Source: Patescibacteria group bacterium (lineage in GTDB: Bacteria; Patescibacteriota; Patescibacteriia; Patescibacteriales; UBA12465). From it: a stretch of 64,000 bases of DNA. Made by a program: the position numbers and the translations under genes. Positions 45,841-56,016 of this stretch are shown here, piece by piece. The notes below the pieces were generated by a model that had not been told where the DNA came from, ran no database searches, and worked only from the letters and a program-made list of their open reading frames with translations. The stretch is from NCBI GenBank assembly GCA_035269015.1, contig DATFJU010000031.1, forward strand, positions 41,326 to 105,325, read 5' to 3'. How positions within the stretch are numbered: the stretch's first letter is position 1; every line of letters starts with the position of its first letter.

Positions 45841-48756
45841 TTATTTTATTTTTTCTAAACCAATATTTATTGATTTATTATTAATATTAATTTGTTTTTT
45901 AATCTCAGTTTCTACCTCTGTTTCAAGCTTAGTAATCTTATCAGCTAAAACTTCTCTTTCTATATCCTCTTGATATTTATTTATTGCTGCTGCAAATTCA
46001 GGCTCTAAGCTTGAATAATAAACAACAACTCTATCTTCTATAGTTAAGCCAGAATTCTTTCTTAAATTATTGATAACTCTAATAATTTCTCTCTTCATCC
46101 CTTCTTCAATTAAGTCTGGACTTAAGTTAGTATCTAAAACTACTTCAATATTTTCTTTTTCTTTATCTAATTCAAAGCTTAATTCCTTAATATTTAATTC
46201 ATCCTTAATTAAAGCAAAATAATCTTCAGCTAAGGCTAAATCTTCTTTAAATACTACCGTAGCTTTTTGTAATGGCTGTCTAACTTTTAATTTATTTTCA
46301 TCACGCTGAGCCAAACCTTTTTCTACTATTTCTTTAACTAATTCCATCTTAGAAATAATATCAGTATTTATCTCTTTAATCTCGGGCCAAGATTCTAAGT
46401 GTACACTTTTATTTTCATCTTTAAAATTATAATCATTAATTTTTTGCCACATTGTTTCTGCCATAAAAGGCATAAAAGGTGCCATTGTTAAGGAAAGTTT
46501 TTCAAATACTGTCTTTAAAGTACTAAGCGCTTTTAACTTTTCCTGTCTATCCTCTCCTTTTAGCCTATCTCTTGATCTTCTTAGATACCAAGTAGAGAGA
46601 TCATCGATAAAGATAGCAATTGGCTTAGAAGCTCTAACTAAATCATATTTTTTCATATTATCTTCAATCTCAGCAGTTGTTTGTTGTAATCGTGCCAATA
46701 TCCAATTATCTAAAACATTATCACTTTCACTTATAGTTTCCACCTCTTTTTCCCTATACATATCATAGAACTTATACACATTCCAAACTAACATAGAAGT
46801 TTTACGAAATGACTGCAACACGTCGGCTTCACTAAAATTAATAGTTTCAGCTTGCATAACCGGAGAACAAAGTAAATAATATCTTAAAGCATCAGCACTA
46901 TATTTTTCAATCACTTCCATAGGATCAGGATAGTTTTGTAGTCTCTTAGACATCTTTTTACCATCTTCTGCTAAAACTATACCATTAACAATCACATTTT
47001 TAAAAGCTGGCCTATCCATGATAGCGGTAGATAATACGTGTAAATAATAGAACCACGCTCTAGTTTGATCCGCTCCTTCAGCTATAAACTCTGCTGGAAA
47101 ATTACCCTCAAACTTAGCTTTATTTTCAAAAGGATAATGCTTTTGAGCATAAGGCATAGAACCAGATTCAAACCAACAATCAAAAACATCTTCAATACGC
47201 TTCATAGTACCACCACAATCACATTTAATTTCAATCTTATCTAAAGTGTGCTTGTGTAAATCTTCAACTTTTTCTCCACTCGCTTCTTCTAAATCTTTAA
47301 CTCCACCAAAAACCTTAGTATTTTCACAAGTGTCACATTTCCAAACTGGAAGCACTGCTGCCCAAAAACGTTGACGAGATATAGACCAATCTCTAGCACC
47401 TTCTAACCATTTACCAAATCTTCCTCTTTTAATATGTTCAGGTGACCAATTAATTTCTTGAGCTTTTTTAAGTAAATCTTCTTTTATTTTTTCTACACTT
47501 ACAAAATATGAAGAAGTAGCATAGTTAATAAGTGGTGTTTCACAGCGCCAACAATGAGGATAACTATGCTCATATTTTTCTTTAGAAAATAACCTATCAT
47601 GATGAGCTAAATACTTAACTATTTCTATGTCAGTAGCCATGTGATCACTCTTTGGTTTAACGGACATATCTTGAAAATCATGCACCTCTTCTTTAAACCT
47701 ACCACCAATATCAATGTGTTGAACAAAAGGCAAGTTTTTTTCTTTACCTAAGTTAAGGTCATCTTCACCAAAAGCTGGAGCGATATGTACAATACCTGTT
47801 CCCTCTTCAGTATTAACAAAATCAGCGCTTTGTATTTTGAAAGCATTTTCTATATTTTTTATATCAGCGTTTTGATAATAATAAAAGACGGGCTCATAAT
47901 CTAAACCTACTAAATCTTTGGCGTATAAAAGCTCTTCTATTTTATAATCTTTATCCTTAAAAACTTCCTCTAATCTTTCTTTAGCTAAAATATAATAATC
48001 ATCTTCATATTCAACTTTAACGTATTCAATATCTTCTCCCACAGCTAAAGCGACATTAGCAATTAAAGTCCAAGGTGTAGTAGTCCAAGCTAACAAAAAA
48101 GTATTATCCTGGTCTTTAATTTTAAACTTAGCTGTGACTGATAAATCTTTAATATCTTTATACCCTTCAGTTACCTCAGATTGAGATAAAGTGGTTTCAC
48201 ATCTAGGACAAACGTGCATGGAGCGATATCCTTTATATATTAAATCTTTCTCCCATAAAGTTTTAAATACCCACCAAACAGATTCCATATAATCTAAGTC
48301 CATGGTCTTATAACTACTATCCATTTCTGCCCATCTACCCAACTTATCTATAACCTTTCTCCATTCATCAGCATATTTTAAAACCTTAGTTTGACATGAT
48401 AAATTAAACTTTTCTATTCCAGTATCTACAATATCCTTTTTACTTTCTGTGCCCATTTCTTTTTCCACAATATTTTCAATAGGTAAACCATGACAATCCC
48501 AACCCCAACGTCTTTCCACTCTATAACCTTGCATGGTCCAAAATCTAGGAACAACATCTTTCATAATACTACCAACAATATGACCATAATGAGGTGTACC
48601 AGTAGCAAAAGGAGGACCATCATAAAAAACGTAATCACCATTTACTGCCTCTTTATTTACTGACTTTTTAAAAATGTCGTTTTCATTCCAAAAATCAAGG
48701 ACTTGGTTCTCGAATTCTGCAAATATATTCTTATTTTCTTTACTTTTTTCTGACAT
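45841..48756 (-). CDS. ileS: isoleucine--tRNA ligase, type 2 (eukaryote/archaea-like form)
   Basis: 971 aa. PPFATGTPHYGHIV HIGH region characteristic of type-2 IleRS; KMSKRL; CP1 editing domain; zinc-binding Cys in C-terminal region. Confidence 0.95.
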   Translation of the reverse strand: MSEKSKENKNIFAEFENQVLDFWNENDIFKKSVNKEAVNGDYVFYDGPPFATGTPHYGHIVGSIMKDVVPRFWTMQGYRVERRWGWDCHGLPIENIVEKEMGTESKKDIVDTGIEKFNLSCQTKVLKYADEWRKVIDKLGRWAEMDSSYKTMDLDYMESVWWVFKTLWEKDLIYKGYRSMHVCPRCETTLSQSEVTEGYKDIKDLSVTAKFKIKDQDNTFLLAWTTTPWTLIANVALAVGEDIEYVKVEYEDDYYILAKERLEEVFKDKDYKIEELLYAKDLVGLDYEPVFYYYQNADIKNIENAFKIQSADFVNTEEGTGIVHIAPAFGEDDLNLGKEKNLPFVQHIDIGGRFKEEVHDFQDMSVKPKSDHMATDIEIVKYLAHHDRLFSKEKYEHSYPHCWRCETPLINYATSSYFVSVEKIKEDLLKKAQEINWSPEHIKRGRFGKWLEGARDWSISRQRFWAAVLPVWKCDTCENTKVFGGVKDLEEASGEKVEDLHKHTLDKIEIKCDCGGTMKRIEDVFDCWFESGSMPYAQKHYPFENKAKFEGNFPAEFIAEGADQTRAWFYYLHVLSTAIMDRPAFKNVIVNGIVLAEDGKKMSKRLQNYPDPMEVIEKYSADALRYYLLCSPVMQAETINFSEADVLQSFRKTSMLVWNVYKFYDMYREKEVETISESDNVLDNWILARLQQTTAEIEDNMKKYDLVRASKPIAIFIDDLSTWYLRRSRDRLKGEDRQEKLKALSTLKTVFEKLSLTMAPFMPFMAETMWQKINDYNFKDENKSVHLESWPEIKEINTDIISKMELVKEIVEKGLAQRDENKLKVRQPLQKATVVFKEDLALAEDYFALIKDELNIKELSFELDKEKENIEVVLDTNLSPDLIEEGMKREIIRVINNLRKNSGLTIEDRVVVYYSSLEPEFAAAINKYQEDIEREVLADKITKLETEVETEIKKQININNKSINIGLEKIK

Positions 48757-48939
48757 ATTTTATATAATATTACTTATTTATATACAAAAAAACTAAAAGC
48801 CCAACTCTATTATTATTATATTTTATATAAGGTGGCAAGTCAATTTTTTCATCTCACTTATTTAATTAAAAAAATAGAAAAATAATATCTACCTTAATTT
48901 AAAATAGAATTAAAAAAACAATATTATATATAAATAAAA

Positions 48940-50127
48940 TTAATAGAAATTATTTACAGTCATCATTTTTACACTTGCCTGCTTATATCTGTTTTTAAAA
49001 GCTTGATTTAAGAATCTTTTTTTGTACTTAATCTCAACACCAATTAAGTCTTCATTATTATCTAAGACCAAATCAATCTCTGAGCCCTGCTTACTACGCC
49101 AGTAGTAACACTTATAATTTTTATCAGAATAACTTAATTGCTTTATAATTTCTGAGATAATAAAATTCTCAAAAAGCGCACCTTTATCTTCACGTAAAGA
49201 AATATTAGAAAAATTCTCTAAGAGTGCATTTCTTATACCATTATCATAAAAATAGATTTTAGCAGACTTAGAAATCTCATTTCTTTTATTTTTAGAATAT
49301 GGGTAAAGTCTAAATAAAATATAACTTTGCTCAAATATCTCTATATATCTTCTAATTGTTCTAATATCTGCTCCTAAGCGAGAAGATAATTCTGAATAAT
49401 TAATTAAATTTCCTATTTGAGAGGCTAAAACTTTTAATAAATCAGTTGCTAATTTTTTATCTTCAATTAACTTAAGCTCTAATATATCTTTAAGAATAAG
49501 ACTGTCTACAAAATTTAGTAAATATTTTTTATCATTAGGATTATTAACATTTTGAGGATACTGTCCATATATTAAAATACTTTCTAAAATGCTTTCCATA
49601 TCAAAAAGATAGTTTTTATCTTTCAATTCTTTTTTTAAAGTAACATTTTCTAAAATATTAAAATTGAGATCTTTTTCAATATCTTTTTGCACTAAATACT
49701 CAGAGAAAGTGAGTGGATGCAATTTATAATCTATTTTTCTACCAGCTAAACTTTCTGAAGTTTTATTTTTTATATGAAAAGAAGATGATCCAGTAATTAT
49801 TAAATCTACATCATTTAATTGATCATATATTATTTTAGCGGCTCTACCAGGATTTGATAATAAATGAATCTCATCAATTATTAGCATTTTAGCATCAGGG
49901 CTTATTAAACTTTTATATGATTCTATATCATAAGTTTCTAAAATCTTCCTGATAGGCTCATTGTCAACTAATAAGTAGTTAGCTTGAGAAAATATTTTTT
50001 TCACAATAGTTGTTTTGCCAACCTGCCTAGAACCAAGTAAAACAAGGATTTGTTTATACTTAGAAAAATGTATTTTAATTTTTTCATCTAAATGTCTTTG
50101 CATAAAAATATATAACTTTTTTAACAT
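48940..50127 (-). CDS. AAA_14/DUF4143 family ATPase
   Basis: 395 aa. Walker A LLGSRQVGKTT, Walker B MLIIDEIH, C-terminal DUF4143-like region. A widespread stand-alone ATPase family of unknown role. Confidence 0.75.
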   Translation of the reverse strand: MLKKLYIFMQRHLDEKIKIHFSKYKQILVLLGSRQVGKTTIVKKIFSQANYLLVDNEPIRKILETYDIESYKSLISPDAKMLIIDEIHLLSNPGRAAKIIYDQLNDVDLIITGSSSFHIKNKTSESLAGRKIDYKLHPLTFSEYLVQKDIEKDLNFNILENVTLKKELKDKNYLFDMESILESILIYGQYPQNVNNPNDKKYLLNFVDSLILKDILELKLIEDKKLATDLLKVLASQIGNLINYSELSSRLGADIRTIRRYIEIFEQSYILFRLYPYSKNKRNEISKSAKIYFYDNGIRNALLENFSNISLREDKGALFENFIISEIIKQLSYSDKNYKCYYWRSKQGSEIDLVLDNNEDLIGVEIKYKKRFLNQAFKNRYKQASVKMMTVNNFY

Positions 50128-50292
50128 CTAATGTATAAATATATATAACTAATTATACATCCTATCTAAAAATTAGACAATAGACTGCCTAAATTACATA
50201 AATAATTTACTATACAATTTTTATACTATTGACACTAATCAAATTCAATGATTTAATGTTATATTGTTCTTTAATAATCAAAATAATAAATT

Positions 50293-50493
50293 ATGTCAGA
50301 ATTATTTATTTTTAGTAGTTTAAGTATTCTTTTTTTAACACTATTTATCATTGAAATAGTAACCAAAAAAGAAAAAAGACAACTTCCAAGGTTGTGGTTA
50401 GCAATATTTATAATTATGCTTATAATCACCATAAGCCATATTAGCAACCACCCAGAACTAATTACAAAAATTAGTCCTTATTTGTCTTTATAA
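50293..50493 (+). CDS. hypothetical small membrane protein (66 aa, 2 TM)
   Basis: Plus-strand ORF in a gap between minus-strand genes, followed immediately by a hairpin terminator. No homology recognisable. Confidence 0.3.
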   Translation: MSELFIFSSLSILFLTLFIIEIVTKKEKRQLPRLWLAIFIIMLIITISHISNHPELITKISPYLSL

Positions 50494-50501
50494 AATGTAA
50501 A

Positions 50502-50535
50502 AAGTCCACAATTATTTGTGGGCTTATTTTATTTC
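50502..50535. terminator. bidirectional rho-independent terminator
   Basis: AAGTCCACAA-TTAT-TTGTGGGCTT (10-bp stem, one G-U), flanked by T-rich runs on both strands. Sits between the plus-strand small ORF and the 3' end of the minus-strand ITPase gene. Confidence 0.5.
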
Positions 50536-50676
50536 TAAATATTAATAAGTATTACTTTTTCTAATCTTATAGTCTCTCAAAAATATAAAAAAACTCTTAA
50601 TTTTATACCTTTTTACTTTCCATATATTTAAATATACTAAATAATTAATCAACTATTATATAGAAAGCTTAGCACA

Positions 50677-51198
50677 TTAATTATCAATATGAATTAAAGA
50701 AGTTCTAATGGCTTCTTTGGTGTATTCTTTTCTAGTGAGTCTTCCTTTAGTCATAATACCCACTAAACCTTGGGCTGAACCAACTTTCATATTATCAGTA
50801 TAGCCAGCCCTATAGGCGGCTTCATTCATATCCAGACCATCTTCTAACATTAACTTAGAAACTCTCTCAGGGGCTTCCCAGGCTGAAGAAAGACCTAAGT
50901 GATACTCACTACCATCAAAGATAGCACAAGCGCAAACATCCATATAACCTGACTTAGTATGTGGCACTGCCATTAGTCCTGATTCAATACCAAAACTATA
51001 ATCACAATCAATATGTGCTTTCTTGGCTCTGTTTTTAGCTCCAGTAATTGTCTCTTCTAAAGACTTAGGTTGTTCGCTAACACCTGAAAATACATCTGCG
51101 CTTTCTACTTTAGCGTCTTGCAGATGTTTATAGTCTAAAAGTATCTCTTTTAGAGCTTCTACCTTAACTGGATTTTGTGAAGCAATTTTTATATTCAT
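50677..51198 (-). CDS. inosine/xanthosine triphosphatase (YjjX/NTPase_I-T family, Maf/Ham1 superfamily); start set at internal Met to avoid a 41-nt overlap with secA
   Basis: MNIKIASQNPVKVEAL...SGVSEQPKSLEETITGAKNRAKKA...GIESG aligns with E. coli YjjX (VVCATTNPAKIQAI...[20 protein letters not shown]). Confidence 0.7.
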   Translation of the reverse strand: MNIKIASQNPVKVEALKEILLDYKHLQDAKVESADVFSGVSEQPKSLEETITGAKNRAKKAHIDCDYSFGIESGLMAVPHTKSGYMDVCACAIFDGSEYHLGLSSAWEAPERVSKLMLEDGLDMNEAAYRAGYTDNMKVGSAQGLVGIMTKGRLTRKEYTKEAIRTSLIHIDN

Positions 51199-51199
51199 A

Positions 51200-53905
51200 C
51201 TACCTACCACAACACTTCTTATACTTCTTACCGCTACCACAAGGACAAGGATCGTTTCTGCCTACCGTCTTGCCACTTTCATCTTTAACTTTAGTCTTTA
51301 CCACATTTAGCTGACTAGTATTATCACCACTTTTCTCACTCATAACCTTAGCTGGAGCTTGAAAGTTCTTAGCTCTGTCAGCTAGTGTTGGTGACTTAAA
51401 CATATTTAAAGCGTCTCCCTCTATAGCAGATACAGTTTTGTATATAGAGTAAACTACTTGTTTTCTAATTAAATCTTGTAGCTCATTAAATAATCTAAAG
51501 GCTTCTTTCTTATACTCCACTAAAGGGTCTCTTTGACCATAACCCCTAAGACCAATTCCCTGCCTAAGATAAGCAATGGTTTCTAAATGTTCAATCCAGA
51601 GATTATCAATAGAGCGAATAAGAATACCTTTTTCTACCTCAGCAAAATTCAAATTCAATTCTTTAAAAGAATCTTTCATCTCTTGATATATTTTCTCAGC
51701 TTTAGTTTGCAAATATTTTTTAATCTCTTCCCTGCTTTCATCTTTAGATTTCACTTTTAACATTGTCTGTAATTTTTCTTCCAAAGCACCTTCCACTTTA
51801 TACATAGTACTAATAGTTTCAGCAATCTCTTTAATATTCCATTCTTTTTGTAATTCTGAGCTAGTATGAAAATCTACTAACATAGAAATTTCTTCACTAA
51901 CCATATTTAAAATTCTCTCAGACAACTTATCTTTATCCTCTGCTCTTTCGTATATATATAGAATCTCTTTTCTTCTTTTGTAGATAGTTTCTCTATGTTT
52001 GTTAATAACATCATCATACTCTACTAAGTGTTTTCTCATATCAAAATTATTACCCTCCACTTTTTTCTGAGCAGATTCTAAAGAGTTAGAAATCATAGAA
52101 TTTTGAATAGGTTGATCCTCTGGTAATCTTAATTTAGACATTAAAGACTTCATTCTCTCTCCTCCAAAAATACGCATTAAATCATCCTCAGCAGAAACAT
52201 AAAATTGACTAGAACCAGGATCACCTTGTCTACCTGAACGACCTCTAAGCTGATTATCAATACGTCTAGCCTCATGCCTCTCTGTACCAATCACATGTAA
52301 ACCACCTAAGTCTTTTACTTTCTCTTGTTCTTTTTTATCTCCTGGGTTACCACCTAAAACAATATCTACACCACGACCAGCCATGTTGGTGGCAATAGTA
52401 ATAGCTCCTGGACGTCCAGCTTGAGAAATTATTTGCGCTTCCTTGGCATGATTTTTAGCATTTAAAAGTGCTGGTTCTAAGCCTTCTTTTTCCATCAGTG
52501 ACACTAAAAATTCATTTTTTTCAATAGAAATAGTACCAATTAAAATAGGTTGTCCTTTCTCATTTCTTTCCTTAACCTCTTTTATCACAGCCTTATATTT
52601 ACCCAATTCTGTTCTAAAAATAAGGTCATTATAATCTTTTCTAACCACTGGTTTATGAGTTGGAATTACTATTACCTCAAGTCCATATATTTTGAAAAAT
52701 TCTTCTTGCTCGGTTTCTGCAGTACCTGTCATACCTGATAACTTTTCATACATTCTAAAATAGTTTTGAAAAGTAACTGTAGCTAAAGTCTGTGATTCTC
52801 TTTTTACCTCTAACCCTTCTTTGGCTTCAATCGCTTGGTGCAAACCTTCACTATAACGTCTACCAGGCATTAAACGTCCAGTAAACTCATCAACGATGAT
52901 TACTTCACCGTCTTTAATTACGTAATCTTTATCTTTCTTAAAAAGCACGTGTGCTTTTAAAGCTTGTTCAATGTGATGCACCTCTTTTACACCCCCTGAA
53001 ACATAGATATTTTCCACACCTAACCAATTTTCCATTTTAGAAATTCCAGCCTCACTTAAAGTGGCTGTTTTCATCTTTTCATCTACGTTATAATCTTCAT
53101 TTTCATCTAATCTACTAACTAAGTTAGCAAATTTAAAATAACGCTCAGTAGACTGCTCTGCTGGCGCACTAATAATTAAAGGCGTTCTAGCCTCATCAAT
53201 TAAAATGGAATCAATCTCATCAACAATACAATAATTTAATTCGCGTTGTACAATATCATTAAGTGAGCCAGTCATATTATCACGCAAATAATCAAAACCA
53301 AACTCATTATTAGTACCATAGGTAATATCAGCTTGATAGGCTTCTTTTCTGCTAATAGGTTTAAAATGCTTTAACCTTTCATCATAAGCACTATCATCAA
53401 CGTGTTCACTATCATAAATAAAAGCACCATCTCCTACAATCACAGCTACCTCTAAACCTAAATAATTATAGACAGGAGCCATCCAACCAGCACCAACTCT
53501 AGATAAATAATCATTAACAGTAATAAGGTGAGCACCTTTTTCACTTAAGGCATTTAGAAAAAGTGGTAAAGTAGCCACTAAGGTTTTACCCTCACCAGTT
53601 TTCATTTCAGCAATTTTTCCTTGGTGTAAAGTAATACCACCAACAAGCTGAACATCATAATGCCTTAAGCCTAAAACTCTTTTAGATACCTCTCTAACTA
53701 CAGCAAAAGCTTCAGGCAAAATATCATCTAAAGTTTTCCCTTGTTTTAATTCTTCTTTTAAATCTTGTGTTTTAGTTTTAAGTTCTTCCCTGTCTAACTT
53801 ACTCACCTCTTCCTCCAAGGCATTAATTTTTTCTACAGTAGGATTCATAGCTTTAATAGCCTTGGCATTCAAGTCTCCAACTAATATTTTTTTAAGAAAA
53901 TTCAT
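51200..53905 (-). CDS. secA: preprotein translocase ATPase SecA
   Basis: 901 aa. DEAD-like motor (MKTGEGKTLVATLP, DEIDSILIDEARTPLIIS), preprotein cross-linking domain, C-terminal zinc finger CPCGSGKKYKKCCG. Confidence 0.95.
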   Translation of the reverse strand: MNFLKKILVGDLNAKAIKAMNPTVEKINALEEEVSKLDREELKTKTQDLKEELKQGKTLDDILPEAFAVVREVSKRVLGLRHYDVQLVGGITLHQGKIAEMKTGEGKTLVATLPLFLNALSEKGAHLITVNDYLSRVGAGWMAPVYNYLGLEVAVIVGDGAFIYDSEHVDDSAYDERLKHFKPISRKEAYQADITYGTNNEFGFDYLRDNMTGSLNDIVQRELNYCIVDEIDSILIDEARTPLIISAPAEQSTERYFKFANLVSRLDENEDYNVDEKMKTATLSEAGISKMENWLGVENIYVSGGVKEVHHIEQALKAHVLFKKDKDYVIKDGEVIIVDEFTGRLMPGRRYSEGLHQAIEAKEGLEVKRESQTLATVTFQNYFRMYEKLSGMTGTAETEQEEFFKIYGLEVIVIPTHKPVVRKDYNDLIFRTELGKYKAVIKEVKERNEKGQPILIGTISIEKNEFLVSLMEKEGLEPALLNAKNHAKEAQIISQAGRPGAITIATNMAGRGVDIVLGGNPGDKKEQEKVKDLGGLHVIGTERHEARRIDNQLRGRSGRQGDPGSSQFYVSAEDDLMRIFGGERMKSLMSKLRLPEDQPIQNSMISNSLESAQKKVEGNNFDMRKHLVEYDDVINKHRETIYKRRKEILYIYERAEDKDKLSERILNMVSEEISMLVDFHTSSELQKEWNIKEIAETISTMYKVEGALEEKLQTMLKVKSKDESREEIKKYLQTKAEKIYQEMKDSFKELNLNFAEVEKGILIRSIDNLWIEHLETIAYLRQGIGLRGYGQRDPLVEYKKEAFRLFNELQDLIRKQVVYSIYKTVSAIEGDALNMFKSPTLADRAKNFQAPAKVMSEKSGDNTSQLNVVKTKVKDESGKTVGRNDPCPCGSGKKYKKCCGR

Positions 53906-53916
53906 ATTTATTTATT

Positions 53917-54240
53917 CTAAGCTCGTCTTTTTTGACTTAACTTTTTTCCTTTATATTTTTTAATAATCATCTCTAAATGATCTTTAACCTTATCTATAGC
54001 TTTATACAAGTCTTGTTCAGTTTTGTCCACCCTGAGCAAATCTCCTGGCACATCTATATTAGCTTCTGCTCTATATATCTTACCTGAATTTTGATCACTA
54101 ATAGTTAACTCTACTTCAAAATCACAATTAATAACTGGCACATCTCCTAAGAATTTTTCTAACATATCCATTTTCTTTTGAACATAATCTTTAATTTCAT
54201 CAGTTAAAGTTATTTTTTTAGCTTTGATGTTAATATTCAT
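53917..54240 (-). CDS. hpf: ribosome hibernation promoting factor / ribosome-associated inhibitor (S30AE family, short form)
   Basis: 107 aa. MNINIKAKKITLTDEIKDYVQKKMDMLEKF..., YfiA/HPF beta-alpha-beta-beta-beta-alpha pattern. Confidence 0.85.
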   Translation of the reverse strand: MNINIKAKKITLTDEIKDYVQKKMDMLEKFLGDVPVINCDFEVELTISDQNSGKIYRAEANIDVPGDLLRVDKTEQDLYKAIDKVKDHLEMIIKKYKGKKLSQKRRA

Positions 54241-54257
54241 ATTATTATAATAATTAA

Positions 54258-55385
54258 TTAATTAAATAAACGACTTACATCCTTAAAAGTAACAAGTAAC
54301 ACTAAGAGCATTAAAAGGATAAAGCCAAGATTATGAATAACATTTTCTACTTCTTGTTTAACTGGTGATCCTTTAATCTTTTCAATAACTAAAAATAATA
54401 TTCTACCACCATCTAGAGCTGGAAAAGGTAATATATTAATCACTGCTAGATTTAGTGACAATAGAGCTGTAAATTGAAGAAGATAAGAAAAGCCCATGCG
54501 TGCATAATTACCTGTCATATCAGCAATACCAATTGGTCCAGCTATTTCAGCTGAAATAGGCGCTCCCACAAACAAGTTTTTAATTAATTCAAAAAAGGCT
54601 ACAAATATAGCTCCTAGTAACAAGAAAGCAACCTTAAATCCTTGCCAAATTGATTGAAAAAAAGGATATTTAACTATACCACTACTTACTATTGCCACCC
54701 CTAAACTACCCTGTCCATTATCTTTTACGTCAGGACTAACTATTAAATTCATAGTTTTGTCTTGTCTCTTTAAAACTAAATCCACTTCTTCATTAGCTCT
54801 AGCCCTGATAAGTTCTTGTAGCTCTATTTCTGAATCAATACTTTCGCCATCGACTGAAACCACCACATCTCCTGCTTTAATATCGGCTGACTCAGCTGCG
54901 CTATCAGGCATAATTTGAACAATTTGCACTTGTTGACCCGAAACTTGAGCTGACTTTGGTAAATTAGCAGTACTATCAGGAAAACCAATCATATAACCAA
55001 CAGAGATTAAAACTCCAGCTAAGATAATGTTCATAACTACTCCAGCTACTAAAATCAAAGCTCTTCTCCAAACTGGTTTATGAGCAAAACTATCTTTATC
55101 TTCTTTATTTTGTCCACTTTCTCCTTTAATCTTTACAAAACCACCTAGTGGTATCCAATTAAAAGAATAAATTGTGCTTTTAGCATCTTTTACTTCTTTT
55201 TTTCCCCTAACTTGTTTCCATTTATTTTCCTTATTTTTATATATTCCCCAAACTCTAGGAGGAAAACCAAAACCAAATTCTTCTGCTTTAACACCATTTT
55301 TTCTAGCTACTACAAAGTGTCCCAATTCATGTACAAAAACTAGCACACCTAAAACTAGTAAAAATATAATTATAGTAAACGTCAT
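54258..55385 (-). CDS. rseP: RIP metalloprotease RseP (site-2 protease with PDZ domain)
   Basis: 375 aa. HELGHFVVAR HExxH in TM1, central PDZ domain, C-terminal LDGG motif (PFPALDGGRI). Confidence 0.85.
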   Translation of the reverse strand: MTFTIIIFLLVLGVLVFVHELGHFVVARKNGVKAEEFGFGFPPRVWGIYKNKENKWKQVRGKKEVKDAKSTIYSFNWIPLGGFVKIKGESGQNKEDKDSFAHKPVWRRALILVAGVVMNIILAGVLISVGYMIGFPDSTANLPKSAQVSGQQVQIVQIMPDSAAESADIKAGDVVVSVDGESIDSEIELQELIRARANEEVDLVLKRQDKTMNLIVSPDVKDNGQGSLGVAIVSSGIVKYPFFQSIWQGFKVAFLLLGAIFVAFFELIKNLFVGAPISAEIAGPIGIADMTGNYARMGFSYLLQFTALLSLNLAVINILPFPALDGGRILFLVIEKIKGSPVKQEVENVIHNLGFILLMLLVLLVTFKDVSRLFN

Positions 55386-55407
55386 ACATTAATAGTAATT
55401 AAATTAA

Positions 55408-55962
55408 TTAAACTGTCATAATATCTTCTTCTTTTTTGTCTCTTAATTCTTTTATCTTGTTATTATAATTAGCTACTTCTTCTTCTAGTTCTTCTAAATA
55501 ACGGTACTTATCATCTTCACTAATATCTTTATCTGTAAAAGCAGTTTCAATTTCTTCTTTAATATCATCTCGTACTTGTCTAACTCTAATACGCGCTTCC
55601 TCTTGTTTTTCATTTAAGCGCTTAACATAATCTTTCCTGTTCTCTTCTGTCATTTGTGGTACGGTTAGATGTAACTTGTCACCATCATTTTTAACACCTA
55701 AACCAAGTTGAGCTTCTACAATTGCTTTTTCAATATCCTTAACCAAATTCTTATCCCAAGGAGTTACTGTAATAGTTCTAGAATCACTTACCCCGACACT
55801 AGCTACAGCGTTTATAGGATTTCTAATTCCATAAGCTTCAACTTGAACGCTATTTAAAATAACTGGATTAGCTCTACCAGTTCTAATAGTGCTAATTTCT
55901 TTTTGAAAAAACTCAAAAGCTTTCTCAAATTCAGGTTTTTTATTACTTAAATATTGATTCAT
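55408..55962 (-). CDS. frr: ribosome recycling factor
   Basis: 184 aa, colinear with RRF (three-helix bundle plus beta/alpha domain; VEAYGIRNPINAVASV). Confidence 0.9.
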   Translation of the reverse strand: MNQYLSNKKPEFEKAFEFFQKEISTIRTGRANPVILNSVQVEAYGIRNPINAVASVGVSDSRTITVTPWDKNLVKDIEKAIVEAQLGLGVKNDGDKLHLTVPQMTEENRKDYVKRLNEKQEEARIRVRQVRDDIKEEIETAFTDKDISEDDKYRYLEELEEEVANYNNKIKELRDKKEEDIMTV

Positions 55963-56016
55963 ATTTTTTATATTAATTAATATTTTTTAATTTTATTTAA
56001 ATAAATTTATATATTA

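Noticed and set aside
48757-48939. T-box or other leader riboswitch upstream of ileS
   Set aside because: No T-box consensus (AATTAGGGTGGTACCGCG-like) or specifier/antiterminator arrangement is visible. It is only AT-rich spacer.
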